Below are positions 1 to 12,740 of a stretch of 64,000 nt of DNA, in pieces. Source of the DNA: Antechinus flavipes (Eukaryota); NCBI RefSeq assembly GCF_016432865.1, contig NC_067398.1, positions 335,730,001-335,794,000 on the forward strand, in the 5' to 3' direction. The notes under the pieces are model-generated. The model saw only the letters and a program-made list of their open reading frames with translations. It had not been told where the DNA came from and searched no databases. The position numbers and the translations under genes are program-made. Position 1 is the stretch's first letter. Each line of letters opens with the position of its first letter.

Positions 1-781
1 TCCAAGAAGAACAATATGTACTATGATTGGAAAGATAGGCCAGACCAGGTTATGAAGGATTTTAAATGACAAACAAAAAACTTTGTTTTTGATCCTAAAG
101 GTAATAGGGAAATACTGGAGCGTATTGAATAGGATAGTGACATAATTAATCCTGAACTCTGGTAAAAAATTACTTTTCACTCTTTCTCAGCTTTCATACC
201 CAATCACTCTCTAAGTCCTGGTCAGTCAGCTTTTAATATATCTGTCAAATCCTTCTCCTCCTTTTTATGCACCAGGCCACCAAGCTAGAACAAACTCTTA
301 CTACTTCTCCCCTAGCATATTAAATTGCCTTTCAAATTATCTTCCTGCTTGTCCCCCCTCTAATTCATATTATAATTGTCATATTAAACCAAAATTCAAT
401 GTGTAAATGGGAATAGATGTGTTACTGTTCAAAAAGCTCAAATTTTAGGGTGTGATTCAATTTTTTCCAGAGTTTGTGAAAATATATGGGCCGAGTGGCT
501 TGGGTGGAGAGGATTGGAGAGATAAGGATTATTGAAGAGAGAGACTAGATAGGGAAGAAGCTCAATAGAAAAGTTTGATTAGTCCTTAAAAATCCCTAGA
601 CTTTTTGTTGTTGTTGTTTTTTCTTTCTCATGAAAGAAAAACCTCATAGTTTTTTCTTTTTGTTCTTATTCTTCTTTCATAACACAAGTAATGTGGAAAC
701 ATGATTAATATGATTGTACATGTATGACCTAGATCAGATTGTTTGGGGGAAGGGAAGGGTGGGGAGAAGATTTGGGACCCA

Positions 782-813
<32 letters not shown>

Positions 814-1280
814 GAATGTTTTTTTTAATTTAATTTTTACATGTAATTGAAAAAAAAATACTTTTAAGTGGGGAAGAATGCTCCAGTAAAATTTTAATAG
901 AAACTTTACAATTCTCTGAGGATCTCAAGAAAGGCTTTTGAGAAGAGGTACTACTTAACAGTGAACCTTGAAAAAAAAAAGAGAATTCCAAAGAGATGGG
1001 GCTGAGGCAAGAATATATTCTAGACATGGATATCTATTTGGGCAAATGTACAGTCTTGGGAAAGGGCAAAAGGAGATTGGGAGTCAGCTAGCAGTTCTAT
1101 TTAGCTAGAACATAGAAAGGGAATTAGTATAAAATAAAAACTGAAAAGGAAAATTGAAGCCACACTATGAGAAGTTTTAAATATCTTTTTCCTTCTCCCT
1201 TTGTCTCCCTTTTAGCTTCTTTTGTAGCCTTCTTCTCCTTTCTGTCCCTTTTAAAATCTTTTTCCATATTATTGTTTGAT

Positions 1281-1832
1281 AAGAAATGACCAACAGGATG
1301 ATTTCAGAAAGGTCTAGAAAGACTTACATGAACTAATGTTGAGTGAAATAGCAGGACCAGGAGATCATTATATACTTCAACAACGATACTATATGATGAT
1401 CAATTCTGATGGACTTGGCCATCCTCAACAATGAGATGAACCAAATCAGTTCCAATGGAGCAGTAATGAACTGAACCAGCTACACCCAGTGAAAGAACTC
1501 TGGGAGATGACTAAGAACCATTACATTGAATTTCCAATCCCTATATTTTTGCCCGCCTGCATTTTTGATTTCCTTCCCAGGCTAATTGTACAATATTTCA
1601 GAGTTTGATTCTTTTTCACAGCAAAATAACAGTTTGAACATGTATACTTATTTTGTATTTAACTTATACTTTAAAATATTTAACATGTATTGGTCATCCT
1701 GCCATCTAGGGGAGGGGATGGGGGGAAAGAGGGGAAAAATTGGAACAAAAGGTTTGGCAATTGTCAAACTGTAAAATTACCCATGCATGTAACTTGCAAA
1801 TAAAAAGCTATTAAAAATTTTTTTAATTAAAA
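1281..1832 (+). mobile_element. L1 LINE 3' end fragment (marsupial L1 3' UTR)
   Basis: Same sequence family (aagaaatgacc..caggatg...ggacttggc...ccatctaggggagg...A-rich tail) recurs at about 10.5k, 45.9k, 54.5k and 57.2k, where it directly follows L1 ORF2 C-terminal coding sequence. Confidence 0.85.
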
Positions 1833-1861
1833 ATAAAATCTTTTTCCATTTTGTTCCCCTA

Positions 1862-2062
1862 GTCCTCTCTCTGTGTATCTGCCTCTGTCTGTTTCTGTTT
1901 CCGTCTCTCTCCTCTTCTGTCTGTCTGTCTCTCTTTTTGTGTCTCTCTCTGTTCCTCTGTCTTTCTTTTTTCTCTCTCCCTTTCTCTTGCCCCTTTTTCT
2001 TTCTTCTTTCTTTTTTCTCCTCTTCTGATTTCCCTCTCTCCTGCTTTCTCCTTTTAATTCTC
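1862..2062. repeat. CT-rich polypyrimidine simple repeat
   Basis: About 200 bp almost entirely C/T (ctct/ctgt/cttt units). Confidence 0.9.
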
Positions 2063-2744
2063 AATCATTCCATTTGTAGATACTTCTTTATCAAATTTTT
2101 ATTATAACCTTATGCCTTGAGTGAGCTCCATTGAGAGACAAAAGAACAAAACCCAAAAATCTTGACAGAGATCTCCAAGACTGGTTGAGGAAGCACATGT
2201 TATATTGGAAACTACCACAAGATAGCATGAAATTAGACATAAATCATGCAAATGACATATAAAATGCAGGGGTTCAAATGAGATCAATGTATGCTGGGGT
2301 ACTGAGAAAGAGCTTTGTGAATTTGGAGAAGTGGATTTCGAGTGGAGAATTTGAATCAAGCCTGCTCCCTCTTTTTGACATCCCTTTCCCACCTATATCC
2401 AAAGCCTTCCAAGATCTATCCTTTGGCACTTCATATATTGTTAATGAGCATGTGCTCATTAACTAATTGCATGAACTAACAAAATGTTAATCCTAGAAGA
2501 TCTCTTAGAGATCCTCTATTATTTGGAACTGGAAAAATACTCAAAATCATCCAGTGATCAGGTCAATCCCTTTACTGAGGCCCAGGAAAGTTAAAGCATT
2601 GGGCCACAAGAAATAAAGAGTAGTTGTGCTCATATAGTTCCTGACTTGCCCTTGGCAGATAGATACCCAAATATTTTATACTATCAACAGTTATTCTAAA
2701 TGGAATTTCTCTTTGTATCTCTTGTTGCTGGACTTTGTTGGTAA

Positions 2745-2945
2745 TATATAAAAATGCTAATGATATATGTGGATTTTTTTGTATCCTGCAACTTTGCTAA
2801 AGTTGTGAATTATTTCTGGTAGTTTTGTACTTGATTCTCTAGGGTTCTTGAAATATACCATCTTATCATCTGCAAAAAGTGATAATTTGGTTTCATTATT
2901 ACCTACTCTAACTCCTTTAACCTCTTTAAGAAATAAATAGTAGAA
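2745..2945 (-). mobile_element. L1 ORF2 reverse-transcriptase fragment
   Basis: Minus-strand ORF 2757-2993 contains KLSLFADD..VYF.NP.ES..KL.E.I.NFSKVAGYK, the L1 RT FADD region. Confidence 0.9.
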
Positions 2946-3322
2946 CAAGCATTTAAACTGAGCTCTTCTCATTCCATGCTTTTTATATCCCAATGATATT
3001 TCCCAAGTCTACTCAACCTTATAGAGGAGTAAACAGACTCAAAGGAGGGAAGAGACATGCTTAGAATTAAAATTAAATTAGCCACAGAGCCAGAACTTTA
3101 GCTCTTGACTTGCAGTCCAGTAAAACTTACTGGACAAGTCAGCAGGGCCTGGGACCCTCCGGCCTCCCTATCTCCCCCTAGGACCTTGTATTCAGGGTTA
3201 TGGCCAACGCCTTCCTCTGTGAAGATGGAAGGACCTGATAGCCCCCTGTCTTACACACCCTAACTGACCCCCACCCCATCAAATCCTAGCCCTTCTGCCC
3301 ACCAAGTCATTGTCTCTAAGGG

Positions 3323-3418
3323 AGATAAGATGACTCCACCTTTTGGGGCGGCCTCCTTTCCACTAGCCAATGAGTATGGGCAGCTGTCCAGCTATGCTCT
3401 GCTCCTGGCCCTATATAA
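3323..3418 (+). promoter_or_regulatory. zeta-globin promoter
   Basis: AGATAA (GATA) 3323-3328, ctccacc at about 3334, CCAAT 3367-3371, TATATAA 3412-3418; ATG at 3507. Confidence 0.85.
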
Positions 3419-3506
3419 GGTGACCGTAAGGGAGAAGAAACCAACCAAGGTTTTTCCTGAGTTTCTACTGCAGGAATAACTCGAGCTCACCCTTCATACA
3501 GCCACC

Positions 3507-5311
3507 ATGTCTCTGACCAAGACCGACAAAGCTCTCATTGCTACCATTTGGGCCAAGGTCAACACCCAGGCAGATTCCATTGGTACCGAAGCCTTGGAGA
3601 GGTAAGAATAATCCCCACCTGTACTTTGTAATATGGAGGAGAGGCTATTTTGGGGAGTATTGAGGAGCCTAGAGACAGAGACTTTGATAGAGATACTCAG
3701 GTCCTTTTCAGGTCCTTTTCCCACTTGCCAAGCTAGCCCTGGCCTGGAACAAGGAGGGCACAGAGCTGTATTCTAACCTGGCCTTGTAAAGCCTTGAACC
3801 TTAGTTTGAGGTTCTGTTGGAATCACTTCTAGGGAATCAGACCTGAGCTAAATATAAGGATGGTGAAGAACCAGGATAATTTGTCTAACTTTGGACAAGT
3901 TTCCTCTTAACTTCTCTAGGTCTGGGTTTTTTTTTTCTATTTATAGAATGAGGTGTTTGAAGTCAATGATCTCTCAGGTCACCTCCATCTGCTTTTTCAC
4001 TCTGGTCTCATAAAGTATCTCTTTAGAAAGATATGGTTTAGAAAACCATAAGATGAGACCATAGGTGAAAAGGGACCTTTCACTACTGTGAAAATGAAAT
4101 GCACTCCCAATGATTGCTGCATTGCTATGAAATAATTTTAACAATTCCTATGACTCTTAATTATCAGACTATAGAAATACTTTAAAAGTTCTTATAAAAT
4201 ATCTTATACTTTCTGATTCTGCATTCTAAGCTCTATCTGTGAAGGTTTCTTCCAGTTCTTAACATTCTATATTCTTATCCTAAATCTCTACCAGTTCTGG
4301 CATTTTATGCTTTGAAGTTCTATACCAGATAGCCCATTACAGTCTTAGAAGTCTTTCTTTTATGAGGGAGATAGTGTCACTGTAGCTGTTTCCATTTTAA
4401 AGATGGAAATAGTGATTGTCAGAGAGATGAAGGTCACAGGAAAGAGCAGATCAAGGACTAGAATCCTCCTTTTTCACAATATTTGCACCTTTCCCTCAGA
4501 GCCAGTTATGACTTTACCCTCTCTTCTCCCCAGACTCTTTGCCAGCTATCCCCAGACCAAGACCTACTTTCCCCACTTTGACCTGCACCACGGCTCAGCC
4601 CAGCTCCGTGGCCATGGCTCCAAGGTGATTGGTGCTATTGGGGATGCTGTCAAGGACATTGACAACCTGGAGAGCGCCCTGTCCAAGCTCAGCGAACTCC
4701 ATGCCTACATCCTCCGAGTGGACCCCGTCAACTTCAAGGTGAGGAATCGGGCCCAAGATGGGCAGTAGAGGTGGCCATTGTCTGGGCCCTAGAGAGAGAG
4801 AGTTGATCTCTTCAAGAAGTAAGAACCCAGTTCATGAGGGGTTCATTCCATTCCCCTTTGCCCCGGAGCCTCATTCTCTTCAATGTTCTCTCCACTTTTC
4901 TTCTATACCTCAATATCTCACTTCCTTCTGTACTCCATCCTTCAGTATCTTACCTCTTTTCTCTTCTAACCACTCAATAATTCCTCTGCTTCTCTTCCCT
5001 GTCTCCTCTGTCTCATCCTTTACTCCTCTAATCTTTGATATCTCTTCAGTTCCTGCCTTCCCCCTCTCCCCAACAGTCTTGTCACCTTCTCACCCTTCTT
5101 ACCCTTACTTGACTAATTCCTTACCCCATTCATTCCCCTAGTCCATCAGTTTTTCATCCTGTTCTCTTTTTTGTCTTTGCAGCTCTTATCTCACACCATC
5201 CTGGTTACTATTGCTGCCCGCTTCCCTGCTGAATTCACTGCAGAGGCCCATGCTGCCTGGGACAAATTCTTGACCAAAGTGAGCGCCATCCTGACCGAGA
5301 AGTACAGATGA
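3507..5311 (+). CDS. HBZ: zeta-globin (embryonic alpha-like chain), intact, 142 aa
   Basis: Exons 3507-3601, 4534-4738, 5183-5311 (95/205/129 nt, GT-AG). [63 protein letters not shown]...[65 protein letters not shown] at 5461. Confidence 0.97.
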
Positions 5312-6159
5312 GCTTTCTGGACCCAGAGGCCTGGGAAGACAAAGGGGATTTCACTGTCATTGAGCTCTAGAGTTTCATCTCACTTTTTTGTTCCTTTGTA
5401 TTCTCGTCCTTCCCCAATACAGTTTTGTCCTTCGTGACAGAATGCATAATTAATCTGCCTAATAAATAGACAGACAAATGAAATCTCAGTCTCTGTGTTT
5501 ATTTTCATGACTTTTTTTTAATGGTTTCTATTCCAAAAAAATAATTAAAGGTAAAGAAAATCTCAGATTCTTTGAAAAAGGGAAAGAAAGGCAATAAGAT
5601 ATAAGTTTGAAGTCCTGAGTTGTGGTCCATTAGGATACCCAAAATCAAACTTTACCAATGTTTTTGTTTGGATTTTTTTTTCCTCAAGGCAAAATCAAAC
5701 TCACCTAATTTAGCAGTGGCTACAAAAGGAGTAATAATGGTTCTAAAGGGGAATTATTGCTGATAAGGGGAAAAACAATAATTGAAAACCCAATGGGGAA
5801 GAAGTCAGTTCACAGTGCTAGGAAATAAGTGAACATTTGGACAGAACCATCCCCACAGAAACTTAGAACTTGAACTTAAAATACAGAATATATACTATCA
5901 GTGCTGGAAGGGACCTTTGAAGAAAAAAATGTCAAAACTAGAAGGGGGCAATGAATTGAATGAGACAGGAATTATTATTCCTCTTTAGTTCCTAGTTGAT
6001 AGAAAGATGTTTTCTCACTTATAAAGAGTTGTGTAAATGTGAGGGATTAAATAGTCAGCTCAAAAGCCCCTTAATAGTGTGTGGCAGGAAGTGTTCTAGA
6101 TTTCAGTTCCAATTCTCTTCCCACTGGGAGGCTTAAAGGCAATCAATGTTTATCCCAAT

Positions 6160-6860
6160 GCAATCCTATGTGTTTAGCATTTACTTTGACTAAGGCACTG
6201 TGCTAGATGGGAGGGATATGAAGAAAAAACAAAAATAATTCCTGACCTTGGGAAACTTACATTCTTTTGAGGGAATACACGTTTAAATATTTAGCTAACT
6301 ATACATTGAATAAGTTGAGGAGGCAGAGCACACCAACATGATCTTTCAGAAGAGTCTTGAAGGAATCTAAGGATTCTAAGAAAAAGGGGAGTATTACAGG
6401 CATAGGAGAGCATTATGGAATATTGAATTCAGGGAACACTAAACCCACCTAGCGGGAACAGAGAATGTAGTATATAAAGAGGAAAAATGTGAAGTAAGCT
6501 TACGAAGACAAGCCACAGTCTGTTCGGAAAAGACTTTAAATGCCAAGCCTTATTCTAGAAATAATAAGAAGTTTCTCACTACTGTTCAACAGGCAAGTAC
6601 CATACAGTTTTAGGAAGATTACCTTGACAGCTTTGTGGAGGATAGAATCTGGGAATCCATTTAGGAGGCAGTGCCAGTAGCCCAGGTGAGAGAAATCTAA
6701 TGAGGGCTTGTCTTGAAGAATTGGTTGTGTGAGAGTAAAAAAGGGGACCACGGATAGATATGGAGAATGTTATAAAGACAAAATTGTTCAAAGCTTTATA
6801 ACTGTTGGGCTCTGGGGAAAGGAAAGATGGAGGGATGATTGTCAAATGTAATATCTGATT
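6160..6860 (-). mobile_element. L2 LINE relic
   Basis: Degenerate L2-type 3' end (agcatttact..aggcactgtgctag..acaaaataattcctgaccttgggaaacttacattct) followed by purine-rich L2-like body. Boundaries approximate. Confidence 0.55.
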
Positions 6861-8172
6861 ACCTATAAGAATAGGGATGCTCTCAAGAAAAGGGATGGGT
6901 TAGCAGAAAAGATACTGAGTTTAAATAAGCATGAATGTTCTCTTAATGACTTTAAAAATGTCCAGGCTCTTATCCCAATTCTGACTGATCCTTGTTCCAG
7001 AGTAAGGCAAATTTGGACAGAACAGCAGAATTAAAGATGGGATTAGGATGCTTTAAATTCCAGATTAAAGGGTTGAATCACAAGGTGGGGACTTCAGGCA
7101 AGGGCAAAGTTTCAAGTGGGTGAAGAAATGACCAAGAGACTCTCTCTAGAGAAGGCTGGATTTGCCATGTGGGTTGTAGAATTGACCCCAGATCTGGGAA
7201 GTAGGAATGCCACTCATGCCTTTCTTGGAAGTGGCCAGAGCCCAGAATCAACAGTACAAAGATTCCTTGGTTGAGGACTCATGGTACCATAGACCCTGTT
7301 GTGTCATTTTTCTGTCCACATGGCCCAGGTAAGTTACTTTCACTGTCTAGACTTGCATTTTCTCATCTCTAAAATGGAGATAAAAATCAGAAATAGAAAG
7401 AGGACAATACAAAATAGAGTGCTTAGACAGGAAAGCAGTTATACACACTTTGGGGACATATGGTCTGAACTTGAAAAGGGCATGTGGGCAACTGCTTTAT
7501 AACTCTTTATTCCAGTTATCCAGGGCACTGAGAAGTCAAATCACAGCACACTGACCCAGTTAGCATATATCAAAGGAAGCATCTTCCAAACACCTCTATT
7601 TACTAAAAAAGGATGCCTCACTATCCTGGATACATTTTATATGTGTATGTATACACATATAAAATGTATACACACACATACACATATATATATATACATA
7701 TGTATGCATATGTAATATTAGATACATGTTATTAGAATTGTTAATGAATTGTAGACCTGTAAGAGATTTGTAAACACAGAATGTTCGAAAGAGCCTTAGA
7801 GTCCATCTAGTCTAACCCTCTTATTTTATAAATGGGGAAACTGAGGCTCAGAACACTCAAAAGACTTAGGGACATCATTCTAATGAAAGAATAGCGATTA
7901 CCTCTCCTACTTTTTATTGGAGACTCCCAAAAGTAGGACCCATTTGTTCATTTTTATTTTCCAATTTATTCTCTAATTTTATTTAGTTTATTCTCTAATT
8001 CATTCATTCACTATTCTAATGATTAATCAGTTTTCTCATTCATTCATTTTCCTAGAGCACAGAATGTCCAAGTAACTGAGGATCATCGTTGCTTTCGTAT
8101 GAATCTAAACTGTTCCCCCGAAACCACAGCAGGAAGAAAGTGGGTTCTTTAGGGCTCAGAAATGCATTAGCT

Positions 8173-8220
8173 GGGCGGGAGATAAGAGGTAGGCAAGTTA
8201 GGCTTGGCGCGGTGATAAAT
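8173..8220 (+). promoter_or_regulatory. alphaD-globin promoter with GATA-type TATA box
   Basis: GGGCGGG 8173-8179, AGATAA 8180-8185, TGATAAAT 8213-8220 at the TATA position about 80 nt before the ATG; no CCAAT seen. Confidence 0.65.
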
Positions 8221-8293
8221 AGGGCTCTGACCGCGGTCGGCGCCCCTATATCTTAGACTTCAGAGGACTTAGAGCGGGCACGGGTTCGAAGCC

Positions 8294-9572
8294 ATGTTCA
8301 GCGCTGAAGAACGGAGCCACATCGTCCAGATTTGGAACTACCTGTCTGGTCATGAGGCCATTTTCGGGACTGAGTTGTTGCAGAGGTGATGCTCAGATAG
8401 GGTGGGGGAGGGAGTAGGGTGGGATACGGGGGCGGGGCAAGGGCAGACACTAAGTCCGCTCTCCCCCAACCCAGGAGATGAGAGAGAAGGGGTTCGGGGA
8501 CAAAGGGAGAGTGTCCCAGGTGATTTGGGGGGGAAGGTTGCCCAAGAGAAGTGAAGAGGAAGAGAGAAAGGCTGGAGGGAGCAGCCCAAGGTCTTCGGGC
8601 TGACGGGGAGGATGCTGCTAACCAGAGCTAAAAGGATGCGGATCCTGAGGATGAAGAAAGGAATCTGGTATCGCTTTGGGAGGCTTTTCCCTAGGAAGGT
8701 TTAAAGTGTGCCAAGTTAAAGCAGCTAAGATTAAGCGTTCCGAGAGGGGAGCAGTCTCACCTCTAGAGGGGAGCTGGTTGAGACCAAGCCAGAGAAAATA
8801 GAAAGGAGATCGTAGGGAGAATGGTGGGTGCTCCCACTCCTGCTCACGTTCCTTCCTTTCCTCCACTATCCACAGGTTGTTCACCGTATATCCCAGTACG
8901 AAAAGCTACTTCCCACCCTTGATCCCTGGCCTGGAGCTAACCCAGATGCAGAACCACGGGGAACAGATATTGATGGCCGTGGGTGTGGCCGTGGATAACA
9001 TGTATGATCTTCGGACTGCCCTGAGCGGTCTGGCTGATCTGCATGCCTACAGTTTAAGGGTGGAACCGACCAACTTCCATGTGAGCCTGGGAGCCCTTCT
9101 CTCCATCCATTCATTCTTCTTCCCAATCTTCAGTCTTCTCACTCAAACACTGTCAGTTCACCAGCCACCCTGACTCCCATTGTCCCTTCCCATCCATTCA
9201 TCCACAAGCCGATGCATGACTTAGACATTGGAATTGGAATCTCATTAGTTATAGGGAATTAGCAGTTCTATCTACTTTACTGTAAATGGGGAAAGATGGG
9301 GAATGCCCAGCCCAGATACCTCCACTGGCTTTTCCCATCAAGATGGATGTTGGGGCAGGAATTAGTATTCAGAGAGAAGGTCATGGGTTCTAAGTGGTCT
9401 CTGAGTCTTAATGATGCCTTCCATCCTCTCTGCCCTGCTGTAGTTCCTGATCCATTGTTTCCAAGTGATGCTGGCTTCCCACCTGCAGTCAGAATACACT
9501 GCAGAGATGCATGCAGCATGGGACAAGTTTCTGACCAATGTGGCGGTGGTCCTAACAGAGAAATATCACTGA
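8294..9572 (+). CDS. HBM: alphaD / mu-globin, intact, 141 aa
   Basis: Exons 8294-8385, 8876-9080, 9444-9572 (92/205/129 nt, GT-AG). [45 protein letters not shown]...[10 protein letters not shown]...[77 protein letters not shown] and CF.V.LASHLQ are HBM hallmarks. AATAAA at 9624. Confidence 0.95.
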
Positions 9573-10503
9573 GGAAGCCTGAGTTGCCTTAAAAGAAATT
9601 GTCTTCTTTTACCCTCCAAACAAAATAAAATTCTCAGTTTTCTCTAAAGTGTCATTGCTTTGTCTTTAATAGGATAAGCTATGTGGAACTGGTGAATAAT
9701 TGGCAAGGAAAACAATCTGGAAACAGGAGCAAATTTAGCAATGTCGGGTTGGACTGACCAGGAAAACTCCTTGCTCCCCCTTTTTTTTTAACCAAGAGGA
9801 TGGGACAGAGAATTTCCTGAAGACCCAGTGACTGGGAGGAGCCACAGAGAGTGGATTCTGTTATGCTTAGGGGACCTATTTGAAGGTTAAGACCTTTAAA
9901 CCAGGTACAGTTGCCTGACACATAGTAAGTGCTAAATAAATGTTTATTGACTGACTGACTGGTGAACACTTTAAAGAAGAAAGGCCCAAGAATACTTATT
10001 GGATTCTTTAGGGATTCTTGCATTCCAACTGCTCTTTTCCCACTCCCGATTCTCAAAATCAAAGGACCACGTGTTCTATCCAAGTCAGGAAATTAATCCT
10101 ACATAGAAAAGGCAGTCAGATTATAGGATCATAGATTTAAAGCTGGAAAAGACTTCTTCTAGTTTAAACTACCATTTTGCAGAATAGGAAATTGAGGCCC
10201 AGAGTGGCAAAGTGGCACAGAGCTGAATCTGAATCCAGGTTCCTTGCTTCCAAATTTATCTTCTTCTCCCCTCCCACCCCCGGAACTAAGAATTGTCACA
10301 GAATATCAAAACTAGATAGAGCTTAAGCCATAAAATGTAAGGACTAGAATGTATCTAAGATCATATCATTTTATAAAAGGAGAAATAGATACAGATAGAA
10401 AAATGGAAAGACCCTTGGCCCAGAACCTGTGTTCTAATCTCAGATATGTCACTAAATAGTACCATGATCTCAATTGTCTAATTTGTTGTTTCACATGGTT
10501 CTT

Positions 10504-11331
10504 TTATTATTATTATTATTATAGCTTTTTATTGACAAAACATATGCATAGGTAATTTTTTCATCATTGACTCTTGCAAAAACTTCTGTTCCAACTTTTC
10601 CCCTCCTTCCCTCCACCCCCTCCCCTAGATGGCAGGTAGTACCATACATGTTAAATATGTTAAAGTATATGTTAAATACAATATATGTATACATATTTAT
10701 ACAATTGTCTTGCTATACAAGAAAAATCGGATTTAGAAATAAGGTAAAAATAACCTGGGAAGAAAAACAAAAATGCAAGCAAACAATAACAGAAAGAGTG
10801 TAAATGTTATGTTGTGGTCTACATTCATTTTCCAGTATTCTTTCGCTGGGAGTAGCTGGTTCTGTTCATTACTGATCTGATTTGGATCCTCTCATTGCTG
10901 AACAGAGTCATGTCCATCAGAATTGATATAGTATTGTTGTTGAAGTGTATAATGATCTCCTGGTTCTGCTCATTTCACTCAGCATCAGTTCATCTAAGTC
11001 TCTCCAGGCCTCTCTGTATTCATCCTGTTGGTCATTTCTTACAGAACAATAATATTCCATAACGTTCATATACCACAATTTACCCAACCATTCTCCAATT
11101 GATGGGCATCCATTCAATTTCCAGTTTCTAGCCACTACTAAAAGGGCTGCCACAAACATTTTTTGCACATGTGAGTCCCTCTCCTTTCTTTAAGATCTCT
11201 TTGGGATATGAGCCCAGTAGTAACACCACTGGATCAAAGGATATACACAGGTTGATAACTTTCTGAGTATAATTCCAAATTGCTCGCCATAATGGTTGGA
11301 TCTGTTCACAACTCCACCAACAATGCATCAG
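10504..11331 (-). mobile_element. 5'-truncated L1 insertion with TSD
   Basis: Minus-strand ORFs encode the L1 ORF2 C-terminus (WWSCEQIQPLWRAIWNY; MFVAALLVVARNWKLNGCPSIGEWL). (TTA)n tail at about 10504. 13-bp TSD tcacatggttctt (10491-10503) / tcacacggttctt (11332-11344). Confidence 0.9.
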
Positions 11332-11429
11332 TCACACGGTTCTTATATACAATCAAAATATAATGTGTCATTAAAGTATTAGCTTTATTCTCCTTCCATA
11401 AATTATTAGAGATTATTAATATTGGAGTT

Positions 11430-11560
11430 TTAGGAGACAACTAGGGTTAAGTGACTTACTTGCTCAGTGTCACTCATCTAGTAAGTATCTGAGACCAGAT
11501 TTGAAATCAGGTCCTCTTCACCTTAGGACCAGTGCTCTATCCATATACCATCTAACTGAC
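11430..11560 (-). mobile_element. tRNA-derived marsupial SINE fragment
   Basis: gggttaagtgactt...agtatctgag.ccagatttgaa.tcaggtcctc...ccagtgctctatcca is the minus-strand head of a CORE/WSINE-type SINE. Confidence 0.65.
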
Positions 11561-12339
11561 CTCAAAAATATTATTAAAAGGTTCTCAGGATCCTTCTATA
11601 AGTTTTCTCCCAAATAGTATGAAGCCCTGCCCTGCCCTTCCCTCTATTTTACAAAATTTCACAAGTTTTGGAATTCTTTCTTTTAACTAGAAAACATGAC
11701 TCTAGAAGGGTTATGGGTTGACCACACTTACTGTGAATGTCTTTGATTAGATTATTTCCCTTTTAACACTTAGCTGAAGTTCACAAAAATTTAACTGGGA
11801 GATGTGAACTAGAGAGAGGGAAGGGGAGAAAAGGTAGGAGAGTCCAGAGCATTCTGAGGACCTTAACTATCAGGGAGATATGGTTTCTAATTAGAGGTAT
11901 CAAAGGCTCCAAACACAGTGCCTTGTATACAACATTGCTCCAAACACATTTTCTGAATTGAGTCATAGAGCCTGGTGTTGTCCTGGGATGGAAAGTCAGT
12001 GGAACATCTAGGGATTAGGCAGCAAAGCAAAAATAGAATTGGAGATAAGGTGGAAGAAACCTAAGTAGGGTGGGTGGGTCTGGGTCTGAACAATCAGTTT
12101 GGCCAAGGAAAATATGAGGCATGGGGAGAGGAATGAGAGCATGGAGTAGTGGAAAGGTTGGTGGATTTGGAGCCAGAGACTCTGGGTTTGAATCCCTTTA
12201 TCTACCACTTGGTAGCAGGATGACCTTGAGTATATGGCCCCCTGAGTTTCAGTTTCCCTATTTGTAAGATGACAGGGTTGAATTAGATAAACTTTAGGGT
12301 CTTTTGCAGTCCTAAATATATGAATGAAATAAAATTGAT

Positions 12340-12740
12340 TCTGATGGACATAGCCCTTTTCAATAATGAGATGATTCAGGGAAATCCCAATAGACTTGTG
12401 ATGGAGAGAGCCATCTGCATCCGAAAAGAGGACTGGGGACTGAATGTGGTTCACAACATAGTATTTTCACCTTTTTTGTTGTTTGCTTGCTTGCTTTTTG
12501 TTTTCTTTCTCAATTTTCCCTTTTTGATCTGATTTTTCTTGTGCAACATGATAAATGTGGAAATATGAATAGAAGAGTTATACAAGTTTAACCTATATTG
12601 GATTACCTGTTATCTAAGGGAGGAGGTAGGGGGGAAGAGAAAGAGAAAAATTTGGAACATAAGGTTTCACAAGGGCAAATGTTGAAAACTATCTTTGCAT
12701 ATAGTTTGGAAAATAAAAAGCTATTATTTAAAATAAAATA
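12340..12740 (+). mobile_element. older L1 3' UTR fragment
   Basis: gatggacatagcccttttcaataatgagatgattcagg...gagagagccatctgcatcc...A-rich tail; homologous to the other L1 3' ends. Confidence 0.75.

Noticed and set aside
1777-2064. Arg/Glu/Lys-rich 95-aa ORF, and similar ORFs at 38692-39067
   Set aside because: They are translations of CT-rich simple repeats.
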